64,000 nucleotides of DNA, from positions 50,696 to 114,695 of the forward strand of contig JBFMAF010000015.1 of NCBI GenBank assembly GCA_040755995.1, read 5' to 3'. Source of the stretch: Acidobacteriota bacterium (GTDB taxonomy: Bacteria; Acidobacteriota; CAIWXX01). Positions 12,762 through 22,605 of this stretch are shown here, piece after piece (position 1 is the first letter of the stretch; each line of letters starts with the position of its first letter). The notes under the pieces are model-generated. The model saw only the letters and a list, made by a program, of their open reading frames with translations, was not told where the DNA came from and ran no database searches. Made by a program: the position numbers and the translations under genes.

Positions 12762-13058
12762 GGCTTACAACCTCCTGTGAATGGGCGCATCGCGCCAACC
12801 AGCCTGAGCCGATCGAAAGGCGCTCGGCTACGGGATACGCAACGCGACATGAATTGTCGTGCACGGATTCAGTAGACCAGAGCTGGAAGGAGCAAGAATG
12901 ACGAGATCGAGGAAAGGTTGTGGAGAAATGTGGCAGCCATGAGGCAAGGCGAAGTTGCGCGTGCGTCCGGGCCGGGTACGAAGGCCGGTCCCTACAGAGT
13001 CCACGCACGGTCGTTTATGATCTGGTCGGGCTCGAAGTGCAGAAGGAGAAGCTGAAGT

Positions 13059-14465
13059 ATGGGTGAGAGATACGATCTCGTCGTCATCGGATCGGGGCCG
13101 GCCGGTGAGAAGGGGGCGGCGCAGGCTGCCTACTTCGGGAAGAGGGTGGCGCTGGTGGAGCGGTCGGAGCATCTCGGGGGGGCCGGCATCAACACGGGGA
13201 CCATCCCGTCCAAGACGCTCCGCGAGACTGCGCTCTATTTCTCGGGGCTTCGCCAGCGCGGCCTGTATGGCATCGACTACTGCCTTCGCGACGGCCTCAC
13301 GATCGCCGACTTCATGCACCGGAAGCAGAAGGTGATCGAGACTGAGAGGAGCATCGTCAGCACGAACCTGGCCCGTCACCGGATTGAGGTGATCCGCGGT
13401 GACGCCATGCTGAAGGATGCTCACACGGTCCAGGTTTCTACACCGGGCGGCGGCATCCTGGAGCTTCAGGCCGAGATCATTCTGATTGCCGCCGGCTCGC
13501 ACCCTCACCATCCGCCGCATGTCCACTTCGATCATCGGCTCGTTTACGACTCGGACTCGATCCTCTCCATGAGTCGCATCCCCGGAGAGATGGCGGTCAT
13601 TGGAGGAGGCGTCATCGGAGTTGAGTACGCGTCGGTATTCGCCGCGCTGGGCGTGCGCGTGACGCTCGTCGAGAAGCGCGAGAGGCTTCTCTCCTTTGTC
13701 GATTCGGAAATCGCCGGGCGTCTCCGGTCCCACCTCGAGAAGATCGGCGTTCGCTTCCGTTTCTCCGACTACGTCCAGAGCGCCGACACAGCGGGAGGCA
13801 GGACGCGGCTGAGCCTCGGCAGCGGCGTCATCCTCGAACCAGACATCGCACTCTTCGCCGCGGGGCGGGAGAGCAATGTGGATGGCCTCGGTCTGGAGTC
13901 GGTCGGTATCGAGGTCCTCTCGCGCGGTGTGATACTAGTGAACGACAAGTTCCAGACCCGCGTCCCCAACATCTATGCGGCGGGCGACGTGCTCGGCTTT
14001 CCGGCCCTCGCATCGGTGTCGATGGAACAGGCGCGCGTCGCCATGGTGCACGCGTTCGATCTGAAGTACAAGGAGCACGTCTCGCCGGTCATCCCTCTAG
14101 CAGTCTACGCGATTCCCGAGATCGCGATGGCGGGCCTGACCGAAGAGGCCTGCTCGAAAGACGGTGTCCCCTGCGAGGTGGGACGCGCATACTACGAGGC
14201 CAACGCCCGAGGCCAGATCATCGGTGACACCTCCGGCATGCTGAAGCTCGTGTTCTCGCCGGCGGACAAGAAGGTCCTGGGAGTTCACCTGATCGGCGAG
14301 GGCTCATCGGAGCTAGTTCACATCGGCGCCCACGTCATGGGCATGGGCGGCACGATCGATTCCTTCATTCATGCCGTGTACAACTACCCGACGCTCTCCG
14401 AGGCATACAAGTACGCCGCCTACGACGCCCTCGGAAAACTGGCCGCGTCAGGAAACGCCGGATAG
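13059..14465 (+). CDS. sthA: Soluble pyridine nucleotide transhydrogenase
   Basis: GSGPAG FAD motif; GTIPSKTLRE without the redox-active CxxxxC; C-terminal NYPTLSEAYKYAA. Confidence 0.9.
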   Translation: MGERYDLVVIGSGPAGEKGAAQAAYFGKRVALVERSEHLGGAGINTGTIPSKTLRETALYFSGLRQRGLYGIDYCLRDGLTIADFMHRKQKVIETERSIVSTNLARHRIEVIRGDAMLKDAHTVQVSTPGGGILELQAEIILIAAGSHPHHPPHVHFDHRLVYDSDSILSMSRIPGEMAVIGGGVIGVEYASVFAALGVRVTLVEKRERLLSFVDSEIAGRLRSHLEKIGVRFRFSDYVQSADTAGGRTRLSLGSGVILEPDIALFAAGRESNVDGLGLESVGIEVLSRGVILVNDKFQTRVPNIYAAGDVLGFPALASVSMEQARVAMVHAFDLKYKEHVSPVIPLAVYAIPEIAMAGLTEEACSKDGVPCEVGRAYYEANARGQIIGDTSGMLKLVFSPADKKVLGVHLIGEGSSELVHIGAHVMGMGGTIDSFIHAVYNYPTLSEAYKYAAYDALGKLAASGNAG

Positions 14466-14536
14466 GGAGATCAGGCAGGCGACGAGCCCTGTGTGCCGCC
14501 GCCGAAACGGCGCAGCGGCGGGTCTCCGCGAGACTC

Positions 14537-15808
14537 TCATCGCGGTGGGCAGATGTCCTTGATCCTGGGCTCGGGTATGCTGACTCGAAGCTTGGTGGCG
14601 ACGCCCTGGACGGTGGTCGGGGTGACGATGGAGGTGACTGGCGTGGCGGTCACAACGCGATCTTCAACGCACAGCTGGGTCGCGACAATGTGTTTGCAGC
14701 CTCCCGCGTACTGCCCGTCGGGCTCCAGCCGGGCTGCGGACAGGTCACCGTGGTAGTCTGCCGTGGCGCTCTGCCCAGCGAACACGCACCCACCGTCACT
14801 TGCGAGGGCAACAGCATCCAGGCTCCTCCCGGAAGCACCCTTGAACTCGATAGCACCGGTCCTATCGAACTTGCAGTACCACCCAACATCAGGTAGGTCC
14901 ATGGAGGCTGGATACTGCCCACATGCTGCAACTCCCCCGTCCGGAGTGATCTCCAGTGCGTAGCCCCAGGTCGAGCTATGTACCGGGTGCCTGAGCCACT
15001 TGGCCCAGAGAACGTTGCCTCCGGAATCCAGTCTCATCAGCGTGTTGGATAAAACGAGAAGGTCTCCGTCAGGAGCCTGCCGGATCGCGGCGCCCCTGCC
15101 ACTCGCACCGTATGTCCTCTCCCACAGGATGTTGCCTGACGGGCCCAGCCTCAATACCCACAGCCCTGTCGAGTGCGTGCCGGCGACCAGATACCCTCCA
15201 TCGTCGGTCTGAATCACCGAGTAGGCACTGTCCCAGCCCGGAGTGCCGATCGCCTCTTGCCACTCCACCGCCCCGCTCGAACTGAGTTTCAGGCACCATG
15301 CATCGTATTCACCTGCCCCAAACGAGTCAGTGTCTCCTACCAGAAGGCACCCGCCATCCGAGGTGGGGGCCGCCCCATGCAACTGGTCATCTCCATCGCC
15401 CCCGAAACGTCTCTGCCACCGGACGCGCCCTGTTCCTGAGAGGCTGAGGCAGATGATGTCGTGGTAGTCGCCTCGCCAGTAGCCTCCGGCCACGTAGAAG
15501 CCACCCACCGCAGATGGAACAACACCGTCGGCCCACTCGGAGCTGCCCGTGCCGTATGCTTTCATCCACTTCACTTCGCCGCGTTGTTTCAGTCTGACCA
15601 GAAAGACGTCCGCTGATCTGGCACTCTTGATCTCCGTGCTGCCGGCCAGGACGAAGTCGCCGTTGTCAGCAGTCGTCATGGCGTACGCGGCGTCGGCTCT
15701 GTGATCGCCAATGACGCGCGCCCAGCTCTCGCCGCGGGCCGGTGTAGGAAAGGCCATCCAAAGGATCGCTGAGGTGATGCCGAGTAGGCGGCGGGCTGGA
15801 AACATCAT
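14537..15808 (-). CDS. Secreted beta-propeller repeat protein (paralog 1)
   Basis: Signal peptide, repeated (T/S)xDGGxxxAG...LxxxGxVxW units, Thr/Val-rich tail. Confidence 0.8.
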   Translation of the reverse strand: MMFPARRLLGITSAILWMAFPTPARGESWARVIGDHRADAAYAMTTADNGDFVLAGSTEIKSARSADVFLVRLKQRGEVKWMKAYGTGSSEWADGVVPSAVGGFYVAGGYWRGDYHDIICLSLSGTGRVRWQRRFGGDGDDQLHGAAPTSDGGCLLVGDTDSFGAGEYDAWCLKLSSSGAVEWQEAIGTPGWDSAYSVIQTDDGGYLVAGTHSTGLWVLRLGPSGNILWERTYGASGRGAAIRQAPDGDLLVLSNTLMRLDSGGNVLWAKWLRHPVHSSTWGYALEITPDGGVAACGQYPASMDLPDVGWYCKFDRTGAIEFKGASGRSLDAVALASDGGCVFAGQSATADYHGDLSAARLEPDGQYAGGCKHIVATQLCVEDRVVTATPVTSIVTPTTVQGVATKLRVSIPEPRIKDICPPR

Positions 15809-15933
15809 GGTCGTCCTCCTTTATGATTTCGCACACCCGAGCTGAGTGAATCGCACGACGCGGCGTTCGTGGAATCAAGAGGCATGCCGCCGAATCCGGC
15901 CGCCTGGGGCGGTGGCGCGGAGCTGCGGAGCAG

Positions 15934-17202
15934 TCAGCGTGCGGCGCAGACTGGCTTGATCCTCACCTCCGGTGTGCTGGATCGAAGCTTGGTTGCGACG
16001 CCCTGGACGGTGGTCGTGGTGACGACAGAGGTGACGGGGGTGGCGGTGACAGTGCAGTCCTCGACGAACATCCGGCCCGGGCCAATGTGGCTGCATCCGC
16101 CCTCGAATTGCCCGTCGGGCTCCAGGCGCAGCACCGACATGTCCTCGCTGCGACCTACGATGTCCCTGTATCCAGCGAATACACACCCGCCGTCGCTTGC
16201 CAGCCCCACAGCACCCAGGTACTTCCCGAAATTGCCCTGGAACTTGATCGCCCCAGTCTTGTCGAACGCGCAATAATGGCTCCAACCCGGCTGGTGATAG
16301 TAAGTCGGGTATTGCACGCATGCTGCCATCCCTTCGTCGGGAGTCATCACCATGGCGCTGGCCCCGATGGGGAAAATTGGATCCTTGAGCAGCTTAGCCC
16401 ACAAGACGTTGCCGCTGGAATCCAGTCTCAACAGGCCACCCGCCAGCACGACGCAGCCTCCGTCAGAAGTCAGGCGTATCGCTGCCCCGGAGCCTATCCC
16501 ATGGTAGGCTGTCTCCCACAGGAGGTGGCCTGACGGGTCCAGCCTCGCCAGCCACAGGCCTAAGGCTTGCCACCCGGCGACCAGATACCCGCCGTCCGCA
16601 GTCTGCGTGACTGACAGAGCTCCGTCCGAGCCGGCCGTGCCGATTGCCTCTTGCCACTCCACCGACCCGTTCGAAGCCAGCTTCAGACACCACGCGTCAT
16701 ATTCACCCGCCCCAAACGAGGTGGTGCTTCCCACCAGAACGCACCCGCCATCCGACGTGGGGGCCGCCCCTTGCAGCAAGTCATCTCCATCGCCTCCGAA
16801 ACGTCTCTGCCAGCGAACTCGCCCTGTTGCAGAGAGGCTGAGACAGAGGATGTCGTGGTAGTTGCCTTGCCAGCATCCGCCGGCCACGTAGAAACCGCCC
16901 GTGACACATCGAACAACGGCGTCGGCCCACTCAGAGCCGCCCGTGCCGTACGCTTTCGTCCACCTTACTTCGCCATTCTGCGCGAGCCTGACCAGGAAAA
17001 AGTCATCGGTTCCCGCCTTGATTCGCTCCGTGGCTCCGGCCAGGATGAAGTCGCCGTTGTCGGCTGTCGTCATTGCAAAGGCGGCGTCGCCGTTCGCGGT
17101 ACCGATGGAGCGCGCCCAGCTCTCGCCAGGAGCCGGCGCAGGGAATGCCGCCCAGAGGATCACTGAGATGATGCCGGCCAGCCGGCTCGCTGGAAACCGC
17201 AT
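15934..17202 (-). CDS. Secreted beta-propeller repeat protein (paralog 2)
   Basis: Colinear with and highly similar to 14537-15808; same GGAGGACGACC-ATG RBS. Confidence 0.8.
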   Translation of the reverse strand: MRFPASRLAGIISVILWAAFPAPAPGESWARSIGTANGDAAFAMTTADNGDFILAGATERIKAGTDDFFLVRLAQNGEVRWTKAYGTGGSEWADAVVRCVTGGFYVAGGCWQGNYHDILCLSLSATGRVRWQRRFGGDGDDLLQGAAPTSDGGCVLVGSTTSFGAGEYDAWCLKLASNGSVEWQEAIGTAGSDGALSVTQTADGGYLVAGWQALGLWLARLDPSGHLLWETAYHGIGSGAAIRLTSDGGCVVLAGGLLRLDSSGNVLWAKLLKDPIFPIGASAMVMTPDEGMAACVQYPTYYHQPGWSHYCAFDKTGAIKFQGNFGKYLGAVGLASDGGCVFAGYRDIVGRSEDMSVLRLEPDGQFEGGCSHIGPGRMFVEDCTVTATPVTSVVTTTTVQGVATKLRSSTPEVRIKPVCAAR

Positions 17203-17360
17203 GGTCGTCCTCCCTTCTGAATTCGTACGCCTGATCTGCTTCCATCGTGGCACATGATCTTCGCAGAATCAAGAAACAGCAGCCGGGGCCCTGGATCGTG
17301 ATCGGATGCACCATTGAAATTTTGGCTTGCCAGGGAATATGATTCGGATAAAATGCCCAT

Positions 17361-18539
17361 ATGGGTAAGATTATCTCGCGACAGCTTCAGCTGCCTGACC
17401 TCCAGTCTCATTCGGTTTTCTTGTGGGGTCCGCGGAGAACCGGCAAGAGCTTCTGGATCCGGCATCACCTGCCTGACGCCCCCCTCATAGATCTCCTCCA
17501 GACCGATACATTCGCAGAGTATGCCTCTCGGCCGTCGCTGCTTCGCGAGCGGTTCGGCGAGGCGCGATCCGTGGTGAGGAAGCGGCCGATCGTGATAGAT
17601 GAGATTCAGAAGGTCCCCGCGCTGCTGGACGAAGTCCACTGGCTCATTGAGAATCGCCGGTCTACCTTCCTGCTCACCGGATCGAGTGCGCGTAGGCTCC
17701 GTCGGGGCCACGCCAACCTGCTTGCGGGGCGGGCCCGCCGGAGGGAGATGAGGCCCCTATGCTTCCCTGAGGTGGACGAGATCAATCTCGAGAAAATCGT
17801 CCTCAGCGGGCTCTTGCCGCCGCATTTCCTCTCAGCCGATCCACTCGATGAGATCCGGGGATATGTCCACGACTACTTGAGAGAGGAGATCGCGGCTGAG
17901 GGGATCAGGATGAACCTGCCGGCATTCTCGGATTTCCTTCGAGTCGCCGCGCTGACGAGCGGGGAGCTGCTGAACTACACCAATGTGGCCCGAGAAACAG
18001 GCGTGTCGGCGAAGGTGGTCCGCAGCTATTTCCAGATCCTGGAAGACACGTTGCTTGGATTCAGACTTGCCCCGTGGAGTCGCAGCAGGAATCGACGTTT
18101 GGTTGAAACCGAGAAGTTCTATCTCTTCGATGTTGGGATCTCCAACTACCTGGCGCGCCGCAGCCCGCGCCTCGGGACGCCGGAATTTGGTAAGAGTTTC
18201 GAGCAGTACATATTGATGGAGCTTCTTGCCTACCGATCCTACCGCGCCCCCGAGATGGATGTTCACTTCTGGCGAACGAGCACCGGTAGAGAGGTGGACT
18301 TCGTGATCGACCAGATGGAATTGGCTATCGACGTGTCGGCTTCGAGAATGACACCCGAGGTCGGGATCAGGAACCTCACGGCCCTGCGCGAAGATGGACC
18401 GGTCCGGCTGAGACTTGTCGTCTGTCTCGAGTCCCAACGCCGTGAGCTGCGGGATAGACACGGCAGTGTCTTGCTGTACCCATGGCGGGAGTTCCTTGGA
18501 GAGCTATGGGCTGGCGAGTTGATTCGCGCACACGTTTGA
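17361..18539 (+). CDS. AAA+ ATPase (AAA_14 plus DUF4143-type C-terminal domain)
   Basis: GPRRTGKS Walker A, IDEIQK, LTGSSAR, KFYLFDVG, FWRT..GREVDFV. Confidence 0.88.
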   Translation: MGKIISRQLQLPDLQSHSVFLWGPRRTGKSFWIRHHLPDAPLIDLLQTDTFAEYASRPSLLRERFGEARSVVRKRPIVIDEIQKVPALLDEVHWLIENRRSTFLLTGSSARRLRRGHANLLAGRARRREMRPLCFPEVDEINLEKIVLSGLLPPHFLSADPLDEIRGYVHDYLREEIAAEGIRMNLPAFSDFLRVAALTSGELLNYTNVARETGVSAKVVRSYFQILEDTLLGFRLAPWSRSRNRRLVETEKFYLFDVGISNYLARRSPRLGTPEFGKSFEQYILMELLAYRSYRAPEMDVHFWRTSTGREVDFVIDQMELAIDVSASRMTPEVGIRNLTALREDGPVRLRLVVCLESQRRELRDRHGSVLLYPWREFLGELWAGELIRAHV

Positions 18540-18633
18540 TCGGTGCGCCGGACTGGGTTAGATTGTCCGGGCACGAGACAAGCCAGCGCGGGAGCCGGTG
18601 TGGCGAAAGGGATTCGCCTCGGGCGGGAGCAAG

Positions 18634-19365
18634 ATGAGAACGCCAGCGAGCAGTCGCGTGGCCGTCGTCGATGACGAAGAGAACATCCGCGAAACCGTGG
18701 CGTTTGCGTTGCGCCGGGAGGGGTACGATGTCGAGACCTTCAGCGATGGCCAGTCCGCTCTGGAGGCATTCAAGCGAGGGCTCCCCGATGTGGTCGTGTT
18801 GGACATTCTGCTGCCGGGCATGGACGGACTAGAGCTGTGCCGCGCGCTCCGGCAGATCTCCGAGCAGCTGCCCATCATCTTCCTGACCTCGCGAGATGAT
18901 GAGATCGACCGGGTAGTGGGGCTCGAGCTCGGCGCAGACGACTACCTGTGCAAGCCGTTTTCGATGCGCGAGTTGGTCGCGCGAATCCGCGTGCTCCTCC
19001 GGCGCGCGGCGCTCCTGCGGACCTCCGCCCCGTCGCCCGATGAGAAGATCCTGCGTGTCGGCGACCTGCGTCTCGACCTCGATCGCTACCAGGCTTTCTG
19101 GAAGCAGACACCGGTGGCTCTCACCGTGACCGAGTTCATGATGCTGCGCGCGCTGGCGCAGCGGCCCGGGGTGGTCAAAACCCGACAGCACCTGATGACC
19201 GAAGGCTACCCGGACGATACCTATGTCTCGGAGCGCACGATCGACAGCCACATGAAGCGGCTCAGGAAGAAGTTCGCCGCAGTAGACTCTCAGTTCGACG
19301 CGATCGAAACGGTATATGGAGCGGGCTACCGATTCGTGGAAAAGAGATCTTCCACGGTGTCGTGA
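18634..19365 (+). CDS. OmpR-family response regulator, ChvI-like
   Basis: Receiver domain (VVDDE, LDI, KPF) plus LTVTEF..ALAQRPGVVK..RTIDSHMKRLRKKF winged helix. Confidence 0.9.
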   Translation: MRTPASSRVAVVDDEENIRETVAFALRREGYDVETFSDGQSALEAFKRGLPDVVVLDILLPGMDGLELCRALRQISEQLPIIFLTSRDDEIDRVVGLELGADDYLCKPFSMRELVARIRVLLRRAALLRTSAPSPDEKILRVGDLRLDLDRYQAFWKQTPVALTVTEFMMLRALAQRPGVVKTRQHLMTEGYPDDTYVSERTIDSHMKRLRKKFAAVDSQFDAIETVYGAGYRFVEKRSSTVS

Positions 19366-19368
19366 CAC

Positions 19369-21045
19369 ATGAGCGAGGCCGGGGCGCAGAGGAGCTCGCC
19401 GGGGGTATTGAAGGAGCCCGCCTGCGGGCCTGATTCCCCGATCGTTCGCGGTACCGCCGGAGGTCGATGGGGCCGTGTGTGGGATTGGCTCAGGCGAGCC
19501 TCCGCGCGCATATCGATCCGGCTGCTCGCCTTCAACATGCTTTTGGTCTTCCTCCCGGCCGCGGGTCTCCTGTACCTGGACACGTTCGAGAGGCAGCTCT
19601 TGATAGAGCAGGAGCGCTCGATGGTCCAACAAGGCCGGCTGCTGGCCGCGGCGCTCTCGAGCGGAGCCGCGCTGGATCAGGCCGCGGCCACGCTCGTGCT
19701 CGAGCGCCTCGACATGCGACTGGACGCGCGCATCCGGATCGTCGATCGCGATCGAAACGTTTTGGCAGATTCCAGCCTCCTCGGGCCATCCCGCCGGGGA
19801 GGAGAGGAGGCAAGCGGCGAGGAGCTCAGCGCACGTCGCTACTGGAGCTATCGCCTGGGGGCACTTCTGTACAGGGCCTACGTGCGGCTGTTCCACAGCA
19901 GACCGGAGTCGCCCGAGCCGGCGGATCTCTACGTTTCGGCGACGCGAGCGGCGGGGCCCGAGGTGCAGGCGGCGCTGGACGGGCGGTATGGGGCCACGAC
20001 CCGCATATCGGGCGGCGGCCAGCGCTCCGTGAATCTCTACAGCGCGATTCCGATCAGGAGCGGCGGGCAGGTGATCGGAGCCGTGCTGGTATCGCAGTCC
20101 ACCTTCCGCATTCTGCAGTCTCTCTACGAGGTGCGAATTGATATCTTCCGAGTGTTCCTGGTGTCGGTGGCTGCCGCCGCCATGTTGAGCCTGCTGCTTT
20201 CCACCACAATCGCGCATCCGCTGAAGCGCCTCCGGTCGCAGGCTGGGGCGATTCTGGATCGTCGCGGGCGGCTGACGGGGCATTTCAAGGGATCGAGGCG
20301 GAGCGACGAGATCGGTGATTTGGCTCGCGCGCTGGAGGAACTGACGCGGCGCCTGGAAGAGAGAATGCGGCTGGTGGAGGCGTTCGCCGCCGACGTCTCT
20401 CACGAATTCCGCAACCCGCTTGCAGCCATCCGCACGGCGGTGGAGGTACTGCAGGAGGTGGAAGACCCTGGTGAACGAAGGCGCTTCGTGGCGATCGTAG
20501 AGCGCGAGGTGGCGAGGTTGGAGCATCTGCTTGCAGACGCCCGCGAGGTCGCGCGTATCGATGCAGGGCTGCACGAGGAGCCGCCGCAGCCGGTGGCGCT
20601 CAACGCCCTGCTCGAGGACATCGTCTCCGGATATCGTCTCAGGCTCGGCGACAGATGCGAGTTCGAGGTCTCGGCGCCGCGGGAACCCGTCCTGGTGCGG
20701 TCATCGCCCGAGCGGCTCACGCAGGCGCTGGAGAATCTGCTCGACAACGGCGTCAGCTTCTCGCCTCCACGCGGCAAGATCCGAGTCACCATGGCGGTGG
20801 ATCGCCGCACGACGACCATCGCGGTCTCGGACCAGGGTCCCGGCATCCCCGAGCAGCACATGAGCCGCATCTTCGAAAGATTCTTCACCTGCAGGCCGGA
20901 CGCGGATCGATCGGCCGGAGACCACACCGGCCTCGGGCTCTCGATAGCACGATCCATCATCGAGGCGTACGGTGGCTCCATCCGAGCTGCAAACAACGCC
21001 GGCGGCGGCGCGACATTCACGATCGAGCTGCCCCTGTCTCACTAG
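19369..21045 (+). CDS. HAMP sensor histidine kinase, ChvG-like
   Basis: Two TMs, HAMP (DEIGDL), H-box ADVSHEFRNPL, N/D/G boxes (NLLDN, DQGPGI, GLGLSI). Confidence 0.9.
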   Translation: MSEAGAQRSSPGVLKEPACGPDSPIVRGTAGGRWGRVWDWLRRASARISIRLLAFNMLLVFLPAAGLLYLDTFERQLLIEQERSMVQQGRLLAAALSSGAALDQAAATLVLERLDMRLDARIRIVDRDRNVLADSSLLGPSRRGGEEASGEELSARRYWSYRLGALLYRAYVRLFHSRPESPEPADLYVSATRAAGPEVQAALDGRYGATTRISGGGQRSVNLYSAIPIRSGGQVIGAVLVSQSTFRILQSLYEVRIDIFRVFLVSVAAAAMLSLLLSTTIAHPLKRLRSQAGAILDRRGRLTGHFKGSRRSDEIGDLARALEELTRRLEERMRLVEAFAADVSHEFRNPLAAIRTAVEVLQEVEDPGERRRFVAIVEREVARLEHLLADAREVARIDAGLHEEPPQPVALNALLEDIVSGYRLRLGDRCEFEVSAPREPVLVRSSPERLTQALENLLDNGVSFSPPRGKIRVTMAVDRRTTTIAVSDQGPGIPEQHMSRIFERFFTCRPDADRSAGDHTGLGLSIARSIIEAYGGSIRAANNAGGGATFTIELPLSH

Positions 21046-21232
21046 CGCGACCGCGGCACCGCTGCGATTCAGACAGTAGGTTGCGCCGGTCCGCCGACCC
21101 CGTGACCGGGGGGAGGTTACCGACCCTCGGATCTGCGAGGGGAGGCCGCGGGGCAGCGTCACCGGCCCGGCGTGTATCTCCGTGCCGGATCGTGCTTGAT
21201 GCGCAGCGCCCGCTGCGCTATATTGAACGCGC

Positions 21233-21309
21233 GCGCCCGTAGCTCAATCGGATAGAGCGACAGACTTCGAATCTGTAGGCCGGGGGTTCGATTCCCTCCG
21301 GGCGCGCCA
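21233..21309 (+). tRNA. tRNA-Arg (TCG); integration target
   Basis: Acceptor stem GCGCCCG/CGGGCGC, anticodon arm ACAGA-CTTCGAA-TCTGT, GTTCGAT, CCA; promoter TTGATG-N17-TATATT at 21196-21224. Confidence 0.96.
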
Positions 21310-21336
21310 ATCTTTTCAGTGACTTAGGCTCACCGG

Positions 21337-21741
21337 TCACAGCGGCCTCAAAGATCGCGCTCCCACTGTGCTCCCAGGCGACGACAACTCGAAGGGCAAG
21401 CATCCCCCCTCGGAGGCTCGTGCAATAGGCTCCCAGACGCGCCAGGGTGCCCCACGCGTGGCGCTCAGCGCGCAGGCTGGCGGTCTGGCCTTGGCCTCGG
21501 CTTCCACAGCGTCCAGGGCCATCATGGTAAGCTTGCGGAATTCGCCGGCCGCGGCGGAGAAGGCCCTCGGCGCATGCGTGCCGATGTCGCGCACGCCGAG
21601 AGCGATCTTCGCCCTGGCGTCCGCCTCGATTCGCTCGGCCGATCGCCTGTGCTTCGTGCCTGTGCTGGCGCGATACCGCGCGGCGCCGAATTCGAACTCG
21701 TGCCAGAAGAGACCTCTCTTGCCACGACGGCATAGGCTCAT
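21337..21741 (-). pseudogene. Truncated tyrosine integrase, N-terminal arm-binding fragment (copy A)
   Basis: RRGKRGLFWHEFEFG..RYRASTGT..RRSAERIEA; homology to 33483 ends at about 21529; no catalytic residues. Confidence 0.65.
21359..21382 (+). repeat. 24-bp direct repeat, putative integrase arm-type site (second copy at 30200-30223)
   Basis: GCTCCCACTGTGCTCCCAGGCGAC occurs just inside both att sites and has an internal GCTCCCA x2. Confidence 0.75.
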
Positions 21742-22518
21742 GAGTCACTCCTTCGCGGTGAATCCGATCCTCCGAGTGTCCTTCGCGGGCGGAGTCATCA
21801 GCTCGCGGATGGCGTCGAAGACCACCTTGAATTGAGCGTCGTACTTCCGTTCGAGAGCGTCGAGTCTGCGGGACAGCTCGGCGTGTGACGAGAGCATGGC
21901 GCGCAGCTTCACGAAGGTCCGCATGATGGCGATGTTTACCAGGACGGCGCGTTCACTTTTCAACACGCCGGACAGCATCGCTACCCCCTGCTCCGTGAAG
22001 GCGTGAGGCAGGTATCGCCGACCGCCCCATCTTGAGATGCCAATTTGTGACCTTGAACTTGAGATGCCAATTTGGCATCTCAAGTCATCCAGCTCCAGAG
22101 CCGTGAGCTGGAACATGAAGTCTTCCGGGAAGCGTCCTCGATTGCGCTTCACGGCGCGTGTGAGCGCCCCAGTCTCGACGCCATAGAGCGCCGCCAGGTC
22201 CGCATCCAGCATCACCCTCTGGCCGCGAATGGTGTAGATGCAACCCTCGATCCGGTCCCGCGGGACTACTGCCGTCTGTTCCGGCATAACCGGCTCAGTG
22301 TTTCTCTTCGGCCAGTGAATCAAGGCTCGCGAGTATCAACGTCTTGGCGAAGGTCGCAGTCGGTAGCCCTCGCTTCTTCGCCTCATGCTCCAGCCGCCCG
22401 CGCTCATCGTCCGTGAGCCTGACATTGAGAGGCGTTGTTGCCGGCTTCTTCGTGGTCACGCGCCTGATCGTGGCTTCGAGAACCTTCTCAAGTCGGTGTC
22501 CTGCTCCGATCGTGCCCT
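21529..22518 (-). repeat. 990-bp inverted repeat, copy A (RHH-ORF6N-int' module)
   Basis: Reverse complement aligns colinearly with 32706-33695. Confidence 0.9.
21745..22287 (-). CDS. ORF6N-domain DNA-binding protein
   Basis: [17 protein letters not shown]...[10 protein letters not shown]...[18 protein letters not shown]...RRIGF. Confidence 0.9.
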   Translation of the reverse strand: MPEQTAVVPRDRIEGCIYTIRGQRVMLDADLAALYGVETGALTRAVKRNRGRFPEDFMFQLTALELDDLRCQIGISSSRSQIGISRWGGRRYLPHAFTEQGVAMLSGVLKSERAVLVNIAIMRTFVKLRAMLSSHAELSRRLDALERKYDAQFKVVFDAIRELMTPPAKDTRRIGFTAKE

Positions 22519-22528
22519 TCGGTTTCAT
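22295..22528 (-). CDS. Ribbon-helix-helix (CopG-like) protein
   Basis: [38 protein letters not shown]17-TATGGT promoter at 22548-22576. Confidence 0.7.
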   Translation of the reverse strand: MKPKGTIGAGHRLEKVLEATIRRVTTKKPATTPLNVRLTDDERGRLEHEAKKRGLPTATFAKTLILASLDSLAEEKH

Positions 22529-22605
22529 CGTCTCGCCTCCGTTCCTCACCATATCTCCGTCGCACGCTACAGTCAAGAGTGCCCCTTCTACACTACCATC
22601 CGGTA

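Noticed and set aside
17361..18539. AAA_14-DUF4143 ATPase as a novel defence system
   Set aside because: It is a widespread standalone family with no partner genes here; nothing in the sequence supports a specific system.
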